Assembly: GCA_021613535.1 (NCBI GenBank)
Contig: CP075492.1
Coordinates: 8,804,001 to 8,868,000, forward strand
DNA from: Adineta vaga
Taxonomy: Eukaryota; Animalia; Rotifera
DNA: 64,000 nt
Reading direction: 5' to 3'
Part shown: positions 11,656 to 27,882 of the stretch, piece after piece
Numbering within the stretch: the first letter of the stretch is position 1
How the letters are laid out: each line of letters starts with the position of its first letter
The notes under the pieces: model-generated
The model's input: the letters and a program-made list of their open reading frames with translations, nothing else
What the model was told of the DNA's origin: nothing
Database searches by the model: none
Position numbers and translations under genes: made by a program

Positions 11656-14600
11656 TTATTCATCATAAAGTTCCGACATAATCAAAACGATCAGTGATGA
11701 CCAGCCAGTAAATGGATGACTACCCTGACCATTACCAGTCTTATCATCGTATTGTTCCCATACATGACCAGTTTTTTCATAAATACGAAACATATTTGTA
11801 ATAAGATTAGTACGTAATTGTCCATAGATTTGTCGAGCTTTATCAGAATATGGACCAGAAGTTTTTGCATAATGTTGTAAAGATGATAGAACCATATAAT
11901 TCATATTGATCCATATAGCACCTAAATATAGATACATACATGCAATAATCTATTCGTTTAGTCAACATAAGGAGAGAAATAGAAACAAATAATCGCTTGA
12001 AATTTACCCCTCCAATATGGTGGATCATGTTCGGTATTTCGAAGTCCATATAGTGGACTTGATTGAGCTAAAGATCTTAAACCATATTGTGTCCATAATA
12101 AATTTGGATTTTGTAAATCATTTAAAATATTCTCAAGTTTAGGCGATTGTGGATTTAAAATACGTGTCATCAATGGAAATAATGAAACATAACCGAAATG
12201 TTTAACATATTTCAAACTTAAATCGGATTGTTTTGTTACTTGTCGAATCATATGTGTTGGTTGTTGCGGTTGTTGTGGTGTTGGTTTACCAACTGGTACA
12301 CGGTGTAATTGAACATGATCCGTATGTAAACCATAATCAGCATACATTCCATATTGTTCTGACCAATGTAATTGATCGAGTTGTTCATTATTTGAAAGCA
12401 ATTGAGCATAATTTAAATAGTGATTTGTTTGTTCATTATTTATTCTTGCATAGAGTTTACCAATAACAGATGATGCTAATGTCATCCAACAGCGTAAATC
12501 TAAATGACGTTCGGAATCTGTTGGATGCGATGCACGTGGATAATCATCGAGACCACTTGTTAATGTTTTCGGATTTAATTCATGGATTGATGATGAATTA
12601 CGTCCACGCCAACGATATGATAATGGTAATGGACCATATTGTGTTCGATTGTACCATTGATACCATTTTTCTAAACGTTGAACAAATGGTAAATTGAATA
12701 ATTGATTATTTGGAGTTGTTTTTAGTAAATAATCAATCGTTAAAAAGAATGTTGGTGGATTAGCATTGTTTGTATATTGAACAATGAATTCTGCGGGTAC
12801 ACGAGCACGAGCTTCATTACCAAGAATAATTTCCTAGAAATGAAAAAGAATGATCAATCAAAAAAAGAAGTTATTCATTTGTCCCTTACTCGAGGTATCC
12901 ATCCATTATCATTGAGCATATCGAACCAATGAGAAAGAATATCTACTGTAAGATTTCTATTCCAACGAGCAATGACCAAATTATGAAAACCTTCATCCCA
13001 GAGGAAACCACGTGGAAAGAATGAACGTGAAGGAACAGCTGTATATAAACTTGTTGTCCAATATTCATCGGGTACTTTTTGATTCGCTTTTGCTACTAAT
13101 GATTTTCCTAGATGAAGAAAGAATTCAGTATTATTATGATCGGAAATTTCAGTTGTTTTCTTACCAGTAAAATATGAAATTCCACCAATTAAATTACTTA
13201 ATGTTGATCGAGCGAAATGAATCTTTTTTGAATCCATATTTTGTTTTGATTTTAATTGAAAAATATTTTCAAAATGTTCATCAAATTGCTTTTGTAAACG
13301 TGCAATTTCATCATTGAAATAATATCCTGTTAAATCTTGTTCTCGAACATGATTTGATGAATCTGATTGGTAAATAACATCGAACGAAAATGTTTCACTA
13401 GCAATTGGTTGTGTTAAAGTTAATTGAACGAAAAATGTATTATGTTCAAAATCTTTAAATGGTTGATCAGCAAGGAAAAAATGTGGATGTTCACGTGATG
13501 TAGCTGCGAATTTTGTTAGAAGAGTTTCGTGGATATTTTCTAATTGAAAAACGTCAGTTAATGTACGAATAACGACCTGATTCGATGGAGTATTTTGTTT
13601 GATTTTAATTGTAAAACTATCGAGTTCATTTGTTTGACCACGGACAGTAAGTGTATCGGGTGATTGTTTCGAAATTGTATTGATTTCATCCATCCACGGT
13701 AGATCATGATGGAAATAAAAGAATAGAGAAATTGGAATGGAACGATTGAGAGACTAGAAGGAAAAAAAACAGGATTTATTTTTCTATGAATAAGAAGTTT
13801 ACAACTGCATGCTTATGAATTATTCATTAAAAAGATCCGATAAATCGACCCTATTATGTTATCATTATTTGTTAATACGATGGCGTCAGATATTATTTTC
13901 CTTTTATACAATCTGCTTCAACATACCTGTGGTGTAACAGTAATTCTTGCTGTCCAATCTCCACCATGTTGTCCACTAACTTGTTTGAGCCATTGAATAT
14001 TTAAATGCAAATTGTCATCTATGATCTGTTCAATACCAAATGTTTCACCATCATGATACGTCCAGCCATATTTTAATTGATCATTTTGATCACACCAATG
14101 TCTAAAATGATTCATTGAAGAAAATATTTTCTCACTTGATTAGAAAATCATTTACCTCAAAAATCGATTATTTGATTGTTGTAATTTACTATAATCAAAC
14201 CACATTAATCCTCCACTTAACGATCGAGCACTACGATGTTTAACACCAAAGTATAGATTTGATCTAAACAACAATGAAAAAAATATTTAGGGATTCCTTT
14301 TGAAAAAAGAAAAACAATTATTTTCATACCTATATGTTCCCCAAAAATGTTTTGGATTAATCTCCGGTGTTGTGTCATTAACATTCACAAGTTTAGGTAA
14401 TTTTATAGGTATATTGGTATATTCATATTGACTTCGATAATCCATCACAGTTAGAAATGCTCGATATAAAGTAAATGCAATTAAACCTGTAATAATTATC
14501 GTGATTACGTAGGATGGTATTGTGAATGGAAATTTCTTCTTCATTAAACTTTTATATAAATAATCAAAGCGTGATCGATTGTTTGTTGGAAAATTTCGAT

Positions 14601-14730
14601 GTTGATTTCGTCGTCTGGCAGCAGCAACAACGGCAGCAACATTTGAATTTCCATTACTAATCTCATTATTTATACTCGATGAACGTTTACTATCGAGTTG
14701 TCGACGACGTTGAGTAATTTTTGCACTCAT
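11656..14730 (-). CDS. MOGS: mannosyl-oligosaccharide glucosidase (glucosidase I, GH63)
   Basis: Type II TM anchor, [61 protein letters not shown]. Confidence 0.97.
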
Positions 14731-15014
14731 ATTTTCTTCTTTCTCTTACTTATACATCTAAAAACGAAGTTTTATGTTAAATAATAAAATACACAATAGT
14801 GTCGTCTGAATGTGTTTGTTTGTTTTGTTTGTTCATTTCGAGAGATGTAAAAATTGCACGAATCGGCGTATTAGAAACAATAAAACCATTAGCAAGTAGT
14901 GACAATAAAAGAGAAAGAAAAAGAAAAATGCACAATCACCATTAGAAGATATAGAAGAAAAACAACGTCTCCAAATGAGATTCAGATCGGAAGACAAAGA
15001 ATTTGGAAAATTTT

Positions 15015-16680
<1,666 letters not shown>

Positions 16681-16872
16681 TTTCACTTTTTCTCTAATCA
16701 ACAATGATTTATTTTCTTTTTCTTTGTAAAGAAATGAAAAAGGCTCATAAGCAACCAATTGATAGATGGTTGAATAAACACATTTGTGATTCGTCGAAGA
16801 GGAGAACCAATAAATGCATTGATAAATGGAACTTTTGTCTCTCTACTTTTTATTCGTATTTCATCAATCAAT

Positions 16873-18178
16873 ATGACAGATTCAATGTCTGGACAATTGA
16901 AACGTTTTGATGCTTATGCTAAAACACTTGATGATTTTCGTATTCGAACAATTAGTGGTGGATTTGTTACTATAATCAGCTCAATTTTAATATTTATTTT
17001 ATTTTTTATCGAACTAAATTATTTTCTATCGACTGATGTTGTTCAAGTTTTATTTGTTGATACGAGTCGACAAGAAAAAATGAATATTACTCTTGATCTT
17101 AAATTTCCTGCTTTGCCATGTAGTCAATTAACTGTTGATGCAATGGACGTTTCAGGTGATTCTCAAACAGATATTATTCACAATTTATTCAAAACAAGAT
17201 TAGATCTCAATGGTCATCCTATTGAGAATGAAGTAACTAAAATTTTACTACAACCAATACCAAAATTAAATAATACAAAATTAAACGATGACAAACTCGA
17301 ATCGACAACGAGAGCTGAATGTGAATCTTGTTATGGAGCTGAATCCGCTGTACAAAAATGTTGTCCAACATGTGATGATGTTAAACAAGCTTATCGAGTG
17401 AAAGGATGGTCATTTGTGCCAGGTAAAATTCATTGATTTATCTCGAACTATCTAAATCTTTTTTTTTCAGGTGGTATTCATCAATGTGTTCGTGAAGGAA
17501 TAACATCGGATACACCTGGTTCACATCCTGAAGTTAAATTAGATGAAGGTTGTCGTTTACATGGTCATTTAGAAGTGAATAAAGTAGCTGGCAATTTTCA
17601 TATTGCACCTGGTCATTCATTTCAACAGCAACATGTTCATATTCATTCATTACAAAATCTTCGTTTAAATCAATTGAATACATCACATCTTATTGATGTT
17701 TTAACATTTGGTGAACGTTTTCCAAATCAAATAAATCCACTTGCCAAAACTAAACAAATAACAAGTTCTCATGATAATGGTGCTGTTCTTTTTCATTATT
17801 ATGTTAAAGTTGTTCCATCGACGTATGTATTTTTAAATGGAACAGAATTACTTACAAATCAATATTCAGTTACAAAACATAAGAAAATTATTAAAAATAT
17901 CTTTGATTCAACTGATCAACAATTACCTGGAGCATTTTTCACGTATGAAATAAGTGCAATTATGGTGAAATTTGTCGAACAAAAACGATCGTTAGCTCGA
18001 TTTTTAACTTCATTATGCGCAATTATTGTAAGACAAATTTTGTTTTAACAATTCATTCGATCTATTTGTTTTGTTTTCTTAGGGTGGAGTTTTTACAGTC
18101 TCAAGTCTTATTGATGCTTTTGTTTACCGTAGTAGTTGTCTTTTACATAAACAAGGTGAACTTGGCAAAGTTACTTGA
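16873..18178 (+). CDS. ERGIC3: ER-Golgi intermediate compartment protein 3
   Basis: FDAYAKTLDDFRIRT, CESCYGAE..CCPTCDDV, VNKVAGNFHIAPG, FLTSLCAIIGGVFTV, C-terminal ELGKVT. Confidence 0.95.
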
Positions 18179-18318
18179 ATCCATTTTTGTATTCTTTTCT
18201 CGCAATATTATTTTTTTTAGTGTTAAATATCATTTTCCTTTTTACTTGTGTTAGGAGAATTGTTATTCATCTTTTGAACATCAGTTTAAAAAACAAAAGA
18301 GTTCAATTTTAGATAAAT

Positions 18319-20759
18319 ATGCGTTTTCGTCAGTTGATTAATCCAACGTATAAGAATCTATATGATGTATGTTTAAATCAAGCACCGTTCTATCAAAATG
18401 AAGTGATCGAAGGTATGTTTAATAACAAAGATTCAATTGACAATAGAATTTTTCATGGTAAATAGAAATTCGACCTGATCATAATTATTGTCGACCGTGG
18501 ATTGATGATCCTACGATTCCAACTGCACTTCCTCGTGTTCAATTATTCTTTAATTCTAATTTAATGTATGTGAAATGTGAAAGTTTGTATTTTTATTCGA
18601 AATTTTATGTTTAGAGATGATTTACAAATCGATATTGATAATAGTTTGGAACGAAATGAGGAGAATTTAGAAAAAATCAGTTGGGCACCAATGATCAAGA
18701 CACTCATTCCCGAAAAATATGAATTTCTACAACAATCAGATGAAATCCTAACCTCTGAACAAGACAAATTCATTCAAAATATTCGACAATTAATTGATGA
18801 AACAAGAATTGCTACATTATGTTGTGAAACAGTAAAAATAATTTCATTTCTTTTTCCAAAATAATCATCGAATCTCGCCTTTAGAATACTTCGGATGTTG
18901 TCTACTGGCGTTTATCTATTCATAATATTGTTGCGCGACTCTTCTCTCTTCTCAATAGACAACCCGATGTAAATAATTAAAAAAGAAAAATTATGAGAAA
19001 CAAACACACACTTTTTCGATTTAGCATGAAAATCTCCTTGATTGGCTTCATGAATACATATGTAAAACATTTGATCGAATATTTATTGGTCACTATGTTG
19101 ATCTCTTTCAAATACTTTACTATGAGGTTTGACAATCGTTTATTTTCTAAACAAATTATTATTATTCGATGTAATTTAGTATCCTGATATGCGTGCATTG
19201 TTCACTGAAAAACCGAAATCTTGGCCAACGACAAGCCTTTGTTCATATGTTTATAATAAATTACTTCAAAAACCCAATGATTTGACTGAAGAAGTTATTT
19301 ATAGTATAACATTGGTATTGCAAAAAACTTTTTAAAAGAAAAAGAGTGATTCTACTTATGAATATTTAGTCGTCATTATCAATACCAACAATTTTCTTAC
19401 TCATCCCTGGTTTAGCCTACGAAGGTCATATGGAACGTGTACAATTTTGGCAAAGAAATCTTTCGCAAGTCTCAACAGTTATGCTGACAGAAGCGATCGA
19501 GAAAGATAGTAAATCTGAACAAGAACAAGTTCAAACAGTTTATGAAGATATTTTGACTAAGTTTAATGAAGTAAGTTCTAATGATTTAACTTTCATTGAG
19601 ATTCTACTATGAAAATATTTTGTTTTAGGTTCGTCAAATATATCCAAATCATCATATTATATTTCTTGGTTGGAATGTTGGTTGTATTCTTGCTCTCAAA
19701 GCTGCACTTGTTTGTTCTGTTTCATCGATAATCTGTATGTCACCACCATATCTCGCTCTTTCTGAAGAATCCAAAGTAAAGTCTTTGTTTTTGATTGACT
19801 ATACATCAATGAAGGAACTTTTTATTAGAATGATTTTACACAAATTAATGCATCGATTTTATTCATTACGGGTGAACGACAACATTCAAATCAAATCGAT
19901 CAATATCGTCAAAGATTGAAATCTCGAAATGGTTTAATTGAATTAGGCGGTTGTAATGATAAATTATGTATGTCTGAAGATGGAAAATATCGTTTTCGTC
20001 TAATACAACGGTTAATTGATAAATTATTAATGGTAGTTAGTTTTTGATAGATAGGATTAAACAGAATTTGATTTATTATTAATTTAGGAAGAAATACTCG
20101 ATTTTTTTATACTAATATCTCCTAAAACAGCTCGAAATATCTGCGAAGATGTAGATGAAGATAATAGAAAAAAGAAATCGGAACGTATTCATTCAGCTAC
20201 ATCATCACATATGGAAGATTCAAGTATGTAACAAAATAAAATCTTGAAAATTATCCATATACATCAATTATTTCGTTTAGATGATCCGTTCCTTTATATG
20301 GGAAGTAATGCTAATAGTAATGCATTAACTACCTTAACTATTCCACCTGAGCAAGATCCGAATTCAATCTTTATAAATACTGTCCCACCTACAATGTCAA
20401 CATCACGAAAACGTAAAGGTTCAACATTAACCAATTCAGCTGACAAAGATCGACTGACAACGACTCAAACAACGAATTCTACAGGTGCAAAACGAGGACG
20501 ACATCGAACAAAAAATTTACCACCACCATCTACTGATATGGAATGGGCACCTAGTAATGAAAAACGTCCAGTCAAAACAACAACTAAAAAAGCAAAACAA
20601 ACAATGCCACCAACAGCAACAACAAGTATTCTCAATACTTTATTACAATTACCTTCTAATCAACCAAAACAACGAACGAATGAAACAAATCTAATCAAAC
20701 CTGTTCATCAACCACCTTCTTTTGTTAATACAGTTCTTTCATCAAATTCTTTTCTTTAG
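18319..20759 (+). CDS. KANSL3: KAT8 NSL complex subunit 3-like (alpha/beta-hydrolase fold), multi-exon
   Basis: DHNYCRPW (compare DHSYAKPW), LLDWLHEYI, HHIIFLGWNVGCILA, low-complexity C-terminus. Divergent; exon boundaries are approximate. Confidence 0.65.
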
Positions 20760-20855
20760 ATAAATCTTATTTTGAAGATTAGATTTGCTTTTGTACATGA
20801 TACATTATTGTTGTATATATATATATATATGTATTGATCAATCTCTTTTTTTCAG

Positions 20856-22009
20856 ATGACACGTCATTCGAAAAACTCTACAGCAAATGCTGTATATACT
20901 TATCATGAAAAACAAAAAGATTCAAGTACGGGTGGTTATGGAACAACACAAATGCGTCTAAGTAAAGACGCAATCAAAGAATTTGATTGTTGTAATTTAA
21001 CTTTACAGCCGTGTCGTGATCCGGTTATTACAAAAGATGGATATCTATTCGATAAACAGGCTATACTTGGTAAGCATCATTGTATAAGATTTTGAAGATA
21101 TTTTAATGAAATGTTCGTTGATTTAGAATATATTATTCATCAGAAAAAACTTAATGCACGTAAAATGCGTGAATATCAAAAACAACTTGATCGTAAACAA
21201 CAAGAAATTGACGAACAAAATGCTCATGATCATCAGAAAAAAATCAATAAATTTCTCGAAAAAGAAGCAACTTATTCAGTTAATCAATCTGTTAAGACTC
21301 TTCTTTCAACGAAACATTCTGAACAATCCTTTTCTTCATTTCTTGCTACACCTATCTCATCAACATTAGGACATAGTTCAACAACAGTTTCAACACGAAT
21401 TTCAACGAAAGAAACTGATGATGACGATAACGTACCTGAAACGCCATCATCGACAATAAGTTCATCAACAAAAATGAGTAATATGGACGGTAATCAAGCA
21501 AAACAATTACCAAGTTTTTGGATACCATCATTAACACCAGCAGCAAAAAAATCAGATATAAAAAAACCTGATCAACATGTCTATTGTCCTATAACGAGCA
21601 GACCTATAACAATGAAAGATTTAATTGATGTAAAATTTAAATTAGCAAATGATGTTGATCCAAAAAAACGACCATTAGTCGCTGTACGTGACCGATATGT
21701 ATGTGCCGTTACTGGTGATGTTCTAGGAAATTCTGTACCTTGTGCGGTTTTAAGAACATCCGGTAATGTTGTTACTATGGATTGTGTGAATCGATTGATT
21801 AAATTGGATATGATTGATCCAATTACTGGTGACAAATTGACCGATAGCGATATTATTCCAATGCAACGTGGAGGCACCGGTAAGGGAGAAAGAGTTTTGA
21901 ACTTTGAAGGGAAAAGATATATATTATATTTCTTATTTTTGCTCGTTAAGGATATTCGGGATCGGGAGTACAATTGGATGCAAAGTTACCAACACCTGCA
22001 ATGCAGTGA
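20856..22009 (+). CDS. NOSIP: nitric oxide synthase-interacting protein (U-box-like)
   Basis: MTRHSKNSTANAVYTYHEK, FDCCNLTLQPCRDPV, LPSFWIPSLTP, YVCAVTGDVL, QRGGTGY. Confidence 0.97.
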
Positions 22010-22392
22010 TCGATGTCTTTGTGTATAAATTGATTGATGTATTTGTCGTGTCTTGTTTTTTTTCTTCTTCTCAATAAATCTAAGCTGGACTAAGCGAGCA
22101 AACATAAAAATCGATTACTTTAGTCAATTCTCAAACAAGAAATCGTTTCCTATGTCATGCCTACTAACACCATCTATTATACTACGCTAGCGCCATATAT
22201 ATTTTCTTCTTTTTTCAGTGACCTCTTTTATATGACACGCATACGTGTTACATTCAATTGGTTTGGAATCGAACACACACGTGTACTTGTTCTCACATCC
22301 ATATTTTCTTACTAGCCTCATCGCCTGTTTACAATATTTCAAATACGAAATCAAATCGGTATAGATCATTCATTCCTTGTTTTTAACTAAGT

Positions 22393-22753
22393 ATGCCAGC
22401 TTCACCTAGTGGAACATCTGTAAGTATTCTTTGATATCTCTTTTCATAATATACATGTATGTATGTATGTATATACTATTGCTTTTGACTAGGTTGGTAA
22501 AGGCGATACCGGAAAGACTGCAGGACCACGAGCATCAGCTGGTGGTGCCGGTCTTCGACAACGTAAATCAACAACAACAACGGCTCGTAGTCGACCAGGT
22601 GCAACCGGTGGCGGTGCAAGTGCTGGTGTATGGCGTTTTTACACTGAAGATTCACCAGGTCTTAAAGTTGGTCCAGTACCCGTACTTGTCATGAGTTTAA
22701 TTTTTATTGCCAGTGTATTCATGTTGCATATTTGGGGAAAATATACAAAATAA
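22393..22753 (+). CDS. SEC61B: Sec61 translocon beta subunit (2 exons)
   Basis: [56 protein letters not shown]. Confidence 0.97.
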
Positions 22754-23214
22754 ACGTGCAATCTATTTACACTGCGAATGACTACTAGACATTTGTTATT
22801 GTTGTTTTATCTTCTGTTAGCGTTTTTTTGTCATGAAAAAATATATATTGCGACGTCTATATGATCGGTCTTAGTGTTTGTGTTAAAATCAGTTTTTTTT
22901 AACTCTAAAGAAAACAACATGAGTTTGTGAAATACATTTTCATAAAGTAATTTTCAATTTATTCAATTGATGTACTTCAAAATTGATGGTTGTTGATCGA
23001 CTACGATTGGTTGCTTATTATTTTTTGAGAAAGGGAAGACAACAACATAATAAAAAAACACGTAATAGTGATTGATGATCTAATGAATTTCATCGAATAT
23101 ATCTAAACAAGTTCATATTGAGAGTATTCTATTTCGTCTTTCGTATGTTATCGTATGGAGAAGAAAAAGAGGATAACTTTTGAGATTAGATAAATTTTTT
23201 TTCTTGATTATTTA

Positions 23215-24364
23215 TTAACATATGAATAAATCCACTAAATGTTTGTGTTTAGTACTAGAAAATTCTTTCGATAATTTTTTAAGATGTTTCTTAAATTCAA
23301 CTGTACGATTTTGTGATTTGTTTGTCATTTGCCATCGTCCTTCTTTATCTTGTAAGGATGGATTTGATTGAACTATATTTTGAACAGTTTTCAAATGTGC
23401 TGTAGTATTTTCTGGTGTATGAACATCAGAACAAGTCTCAACTAATTGTTGAAAACGTGTATCATTCATAATACTTCTTGATTTATCTGATAATTGAGTA
23501 TTCACATTTGATACATCATCTATTTCACCAAAAAGATCTTTGACTGTTATTGGTGGTATATAATGTGAACGAACATGATCCAATGATTGATAGGGACGAC
23601 CTCTTGGTTGAGCTAAACGATTGATTCGATCGATTGATTCTTGTTGTCGTTTGGAACGAGCCTTTGGAACAATTAGTTGCAGTTTATCATTCTTTTTTTG
23701 TATTTCAGTATGAGCATTTGAATGAGATAATGTTGGTTGAAATGATGATACGATTGATTGATCCGTTTTATTCAAACTAAGTATTGATGATGATAAACTA
23801 CGACCTGTTTTTGGAGTTGATTGTGCAATATATCTAAATGCATAGACATTTTTTAATCTGACGACACATTTTAAAAGTGAGTTTGAGTGCAATCAGAAAG
23901 GAAAAGTATTCAGTGCCCAAAGGATAGAAAGGCATTAAATATTTCAATAACTCTGCCAATTTTTTGTTTGTAAACAAATTTTAAACCTTCCATTTTGACT
24001 TCAGCTGTCATATCTAGATTACACCTTTAAAGAGCATTCAGTTTCAAGAGAGAAACTTCTTAGAATATCAAGATAGTTCTTTTTTCTTCTGAACTACATA
24101 CGGTAGAAGACCAGGCATTCCTATTTCCGCTCTTGCTTGCTGTTGTTGAAGAAAATTTTGCTTATCCAAAGTACATTGATTGATTGTTCGATATCGTTCC
24201 GATGATAGATTATACATATCAGCAAAAAATTTCCGATTTAAAATTGCATTTTGTTTCGTGTCAGTTGGCATTACACTTCCTCTCTCACCTAATTTCTCTA
24301 TTTTCACATCCTTTTCCATCCATAATGTTATTTCCATTGGTATTTGTCGTGGTGATGTGGACAT
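23215..24364 (-). CDS. hypothetical basic protein, multi-exon
   Basis: Two long ORFs (109 and 225 aa) joined by short GT-AG introns. No family recognised. Confidence 0.55.
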
Positions 24365-24820
24365 GTTTTGTATGAATTGAATTGAAATAAATTTCAAATG
24401 TTTTCTTCACAACGAACAATTGCTTCTAACATCTGTACATTTTCAAGAGAAAGAGCAAAAAACTAATGTAAATGTTTTTTTTTCTTATAAGAGGTCATGT
24501 GTCAGTCAACAAAACATTTCAATGATGTTCACGATTGTTCGAAAAAAGAAAAGCGAAAAGTTTCCAAGAAAAGATCTAATCAAATTAACGACATGAAATA
24601 TATGTTTATCTTTTAAATGCGATGATTGTAATGAATTAATTCTTATCAATGATTTCGCTATTACGATATCTAGTACAGAGCATTATATCGTCTTTATCTC
24701 ATACTCACTTTTACTTTCTTTATAGTTATTCAAATAAAAACACGACCAGCAAGTGTCATTCACCTTTTTGTCTGTTGAAATTATATGAAAATCAATTGAT
24801 ATTTTTTAACGATAGATATT

Positions 24821-26703
24821 ATGGTGTCCAGACGACAAACATTTCTTGATATTTTATCATCTACACTAGAATCATTACCATCATATGAAAATTTAAATCA
24901 AAATCCGGATGAACAAGCAGTATTTAACGAAGAACAAGAACCATCATCAGGTTTAATAAATTTAATACGACGAAATTCTTATCTCGAAGATGATGTTACA
25001 ACAACATCTGCTGATATTGTAAGAATTATACTGAATATCTATTCAAAATTTCAAGCCATTTTTTTTAGACAGAAACAGATAATGATACAGGAATTAATGA
25101 GTTTAACACAACACCACGAGCTTCAATTTCGAATAATCTCAATGAACTTCTCAATCGTGGCGATGTTGTTGATGATGAAGAAGCACATATGAATCTACTT
25201 AAAACTCCATTGAAACATTTATTTATTCTAAGTGAAAATGGCAAACCTGTTTTTACAAGGTACGAATCATTCAAGATAAATTTGATCTTTATATGTATTC
25301 ATAAATTTAGATATGGTGATGAAGATCAATTAGTAACTCTCATGGGTGTAATGCAAACACTAATTTCTTTTGCTGAATTAACCGATTCAAGTCAATTAAA
25401 TTATTTAAAAGCTGGTCGTTGTCGTATTGCATTTCTACATCGAGAACCACTAGTATTCGTTATAGTTACACATACAAACGAACATTCAATATGTCTTCTT
25501 CAACAATTAACATATGCCTATCATCAAATCATAAGTACATTAACCTTAAGTCGTATTAAACAAAAATTTTCTGTTCAACCTAATTTTGATTTACGTCGTT
25601 GGTTGTCGAATGCTGAAAAGAAATTATTAACGAATATAATTGACATGTATGAGCGTGATCTTGGAATGCTTATGACATCGGCAAGATGTTTGATTCTCTC
25701 CGCAAATCTACGAAGTCAAATTGGACAAATCGTTGCACAAACAATTCGAGGACAGAAAGTAAGTGAAGACGAGAAATTGTTCAGAGTATTTGCACGAAAA
25801 TCTCTTTTAGGATATGATATTTGTTATTATACTTGCTCATGGTCATTTAGTTTCAATAGCACGTTTGAGAAATTATCATTTACATCCAGCTGATCTTTAT
25901 CTTCTTATTAATCTTGTCAATAGTTCCGATGCTTTCAAAGGTGTTGAATCCTGGGTACCTGTATGTTTACCACGATTTGATACAAGGTTTATTCTTCATA
26001 CAAAACTTTCAAAATAAGATTAATATTCATATTTTGTTCTTCTATTTAGTGGTTGTTTACATGCACATATATCATATTTAGATGATTCATGTGATATATG
26101 TTTAGTCTTATTAACAGTTAATCCTGAACATTTTCAAATTCTATCCGATTTTAAACAAACGATTGCTAATGTAAGAAAAGAAATTTTGTTATTTTGACGT
26201 TCTTTTTTTTCTTTTCATATTTATATTTAGAAATTAAAAAAACAAAATTTAATTATACAAATCAACCAAGCATTGGAAAAAGAACGTCTACTATCAGATG
26301 AAATAGCTTGTCCGGAATTACGATTTTTTGCTTACAAATCACGCGGTTTAAGTCAATATATTTCATCGAAATTATCTAAACCTTATCTAACTAATGATCA
26401 ACATGTTCGATTATTTGAATTGATTCGTTTTGTTTATGGACGTCTTCATCATCCGAATCTTCAATTGAAAATTGTCTTTTATAGAACTGAACATGAAGCA
26501 TTACTAGGATGGGTTTGTTTCTTTTTGTTGAAATTACGATTTGAATTTTTCTTTTGATTTAGTTGGCACCCGGTTTTGAACTGCATGTAGCATTTTCTCC
26601 ATTGATTTCGTTAGAAAATGTTATTCTTTGTACTGATCGAATATTATCGTATATAAAACGTGAAGAAAGTCAATTATTCATAATGCGATGTGAATATTTT
26701 TGA
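24821..26703 (+). CDS. MON1: vacuolar fusion protein MON1 (Rab7 GEF subunit)
   Basis: KHLFILSENGKPVFTRYGDE, NFDLRRWL, LHPADLYLLINLV, ESWVPVCLPRFD. Confidence 0.95.
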
Positions 26704-27882
26704 AAAAAATATAACCGAATTAATTGCGGTTTTTTTTCTTTCTTTTCGTTTGATATTAATAATTTTAATTACTTCTATGTTTTTCTTTTAATAAACAATA
26801 TGTCTATGCAGTTAATTTTCGTCTTTGAATATTTACCTGTTATTTTCCGAGACGACTTTTTACTAAAGTAGTACACAAAAAAGTAGGGGAAAAAAACAAA
26901 ATAATAAACTATGTCGATGTTGATAAGGATTGATAGACGAGATCCTTGTTCATGTCTTGAAGGAAACTCTATCCAAGATCTGTAAATTAGTATAGATCAT
27001 GTTTTTTTGTATTGAATTTTGTCAATGAAATCTTGTTGTCTCAAGGTAATAATTCGATTCATTTTTTTGATAAAAATTCAAGGATATAATGTCTGTCGTA
27101 AAGATAAGATTATTATGTAACGGTATGTTAGATCTATCAAATCGTATGACCTTGAAATTTTCATCTACTATGAATATTTGTTTCAATACATATGTTGCTG
27201 AACGACGACAATCACAATTGAAATTAATATACATTTGAACTTTCGATTGTTCTCGTCAATAACGTTATGTACGGTCTATGAAGAGTCGAAAGGGAAGGTA
27301 GAACATATAATTTTGTTCAATCAATATTTTGGTTTGTGAAATAAAATCAAAATCGAAAGAAGGTCAAAGAAATTGGCCTTCTTAATACGAACTATTTTCA
27401 TTGTTCGTCTTTTTCATCATTACATTAAATAAATCAACCGACATTGAACATTCACATTTTGAATGAAAGGATCGACTATCTATTTTAATGTTTCTTTGAT
27501 TGATTTAAAATGGATATTGTCACAGTGATAAGTGTCGTCACGACGTCCTTCAATTATCAATCAGGTATATGTATATACATGTACTACTAGCTCAATCGAA
27601 TAGCCTTTTCTTTCGTTCGTCAGTTTTTTTCTTATTACAAGACGCGACATATTCTTTCGACGTAGAGGAAAAATGAAGAGGAAAAAAAAGAGAAGCATAT
27701 ACGAATCAACTTCGTTTACTAGCGTTTGTTGCGACACGGTTCATCTCTCTTCATTTACTGAGAAAAAGGCCCGTTCTTTTATCATCATCATCATTATTAT
27801 CATCATCATTTAACAGCAAGGAAAAGAGACGAGAAGAGGACAAACATTTTGAAAAAATTTTCATCTATTTAACCTATTAATC

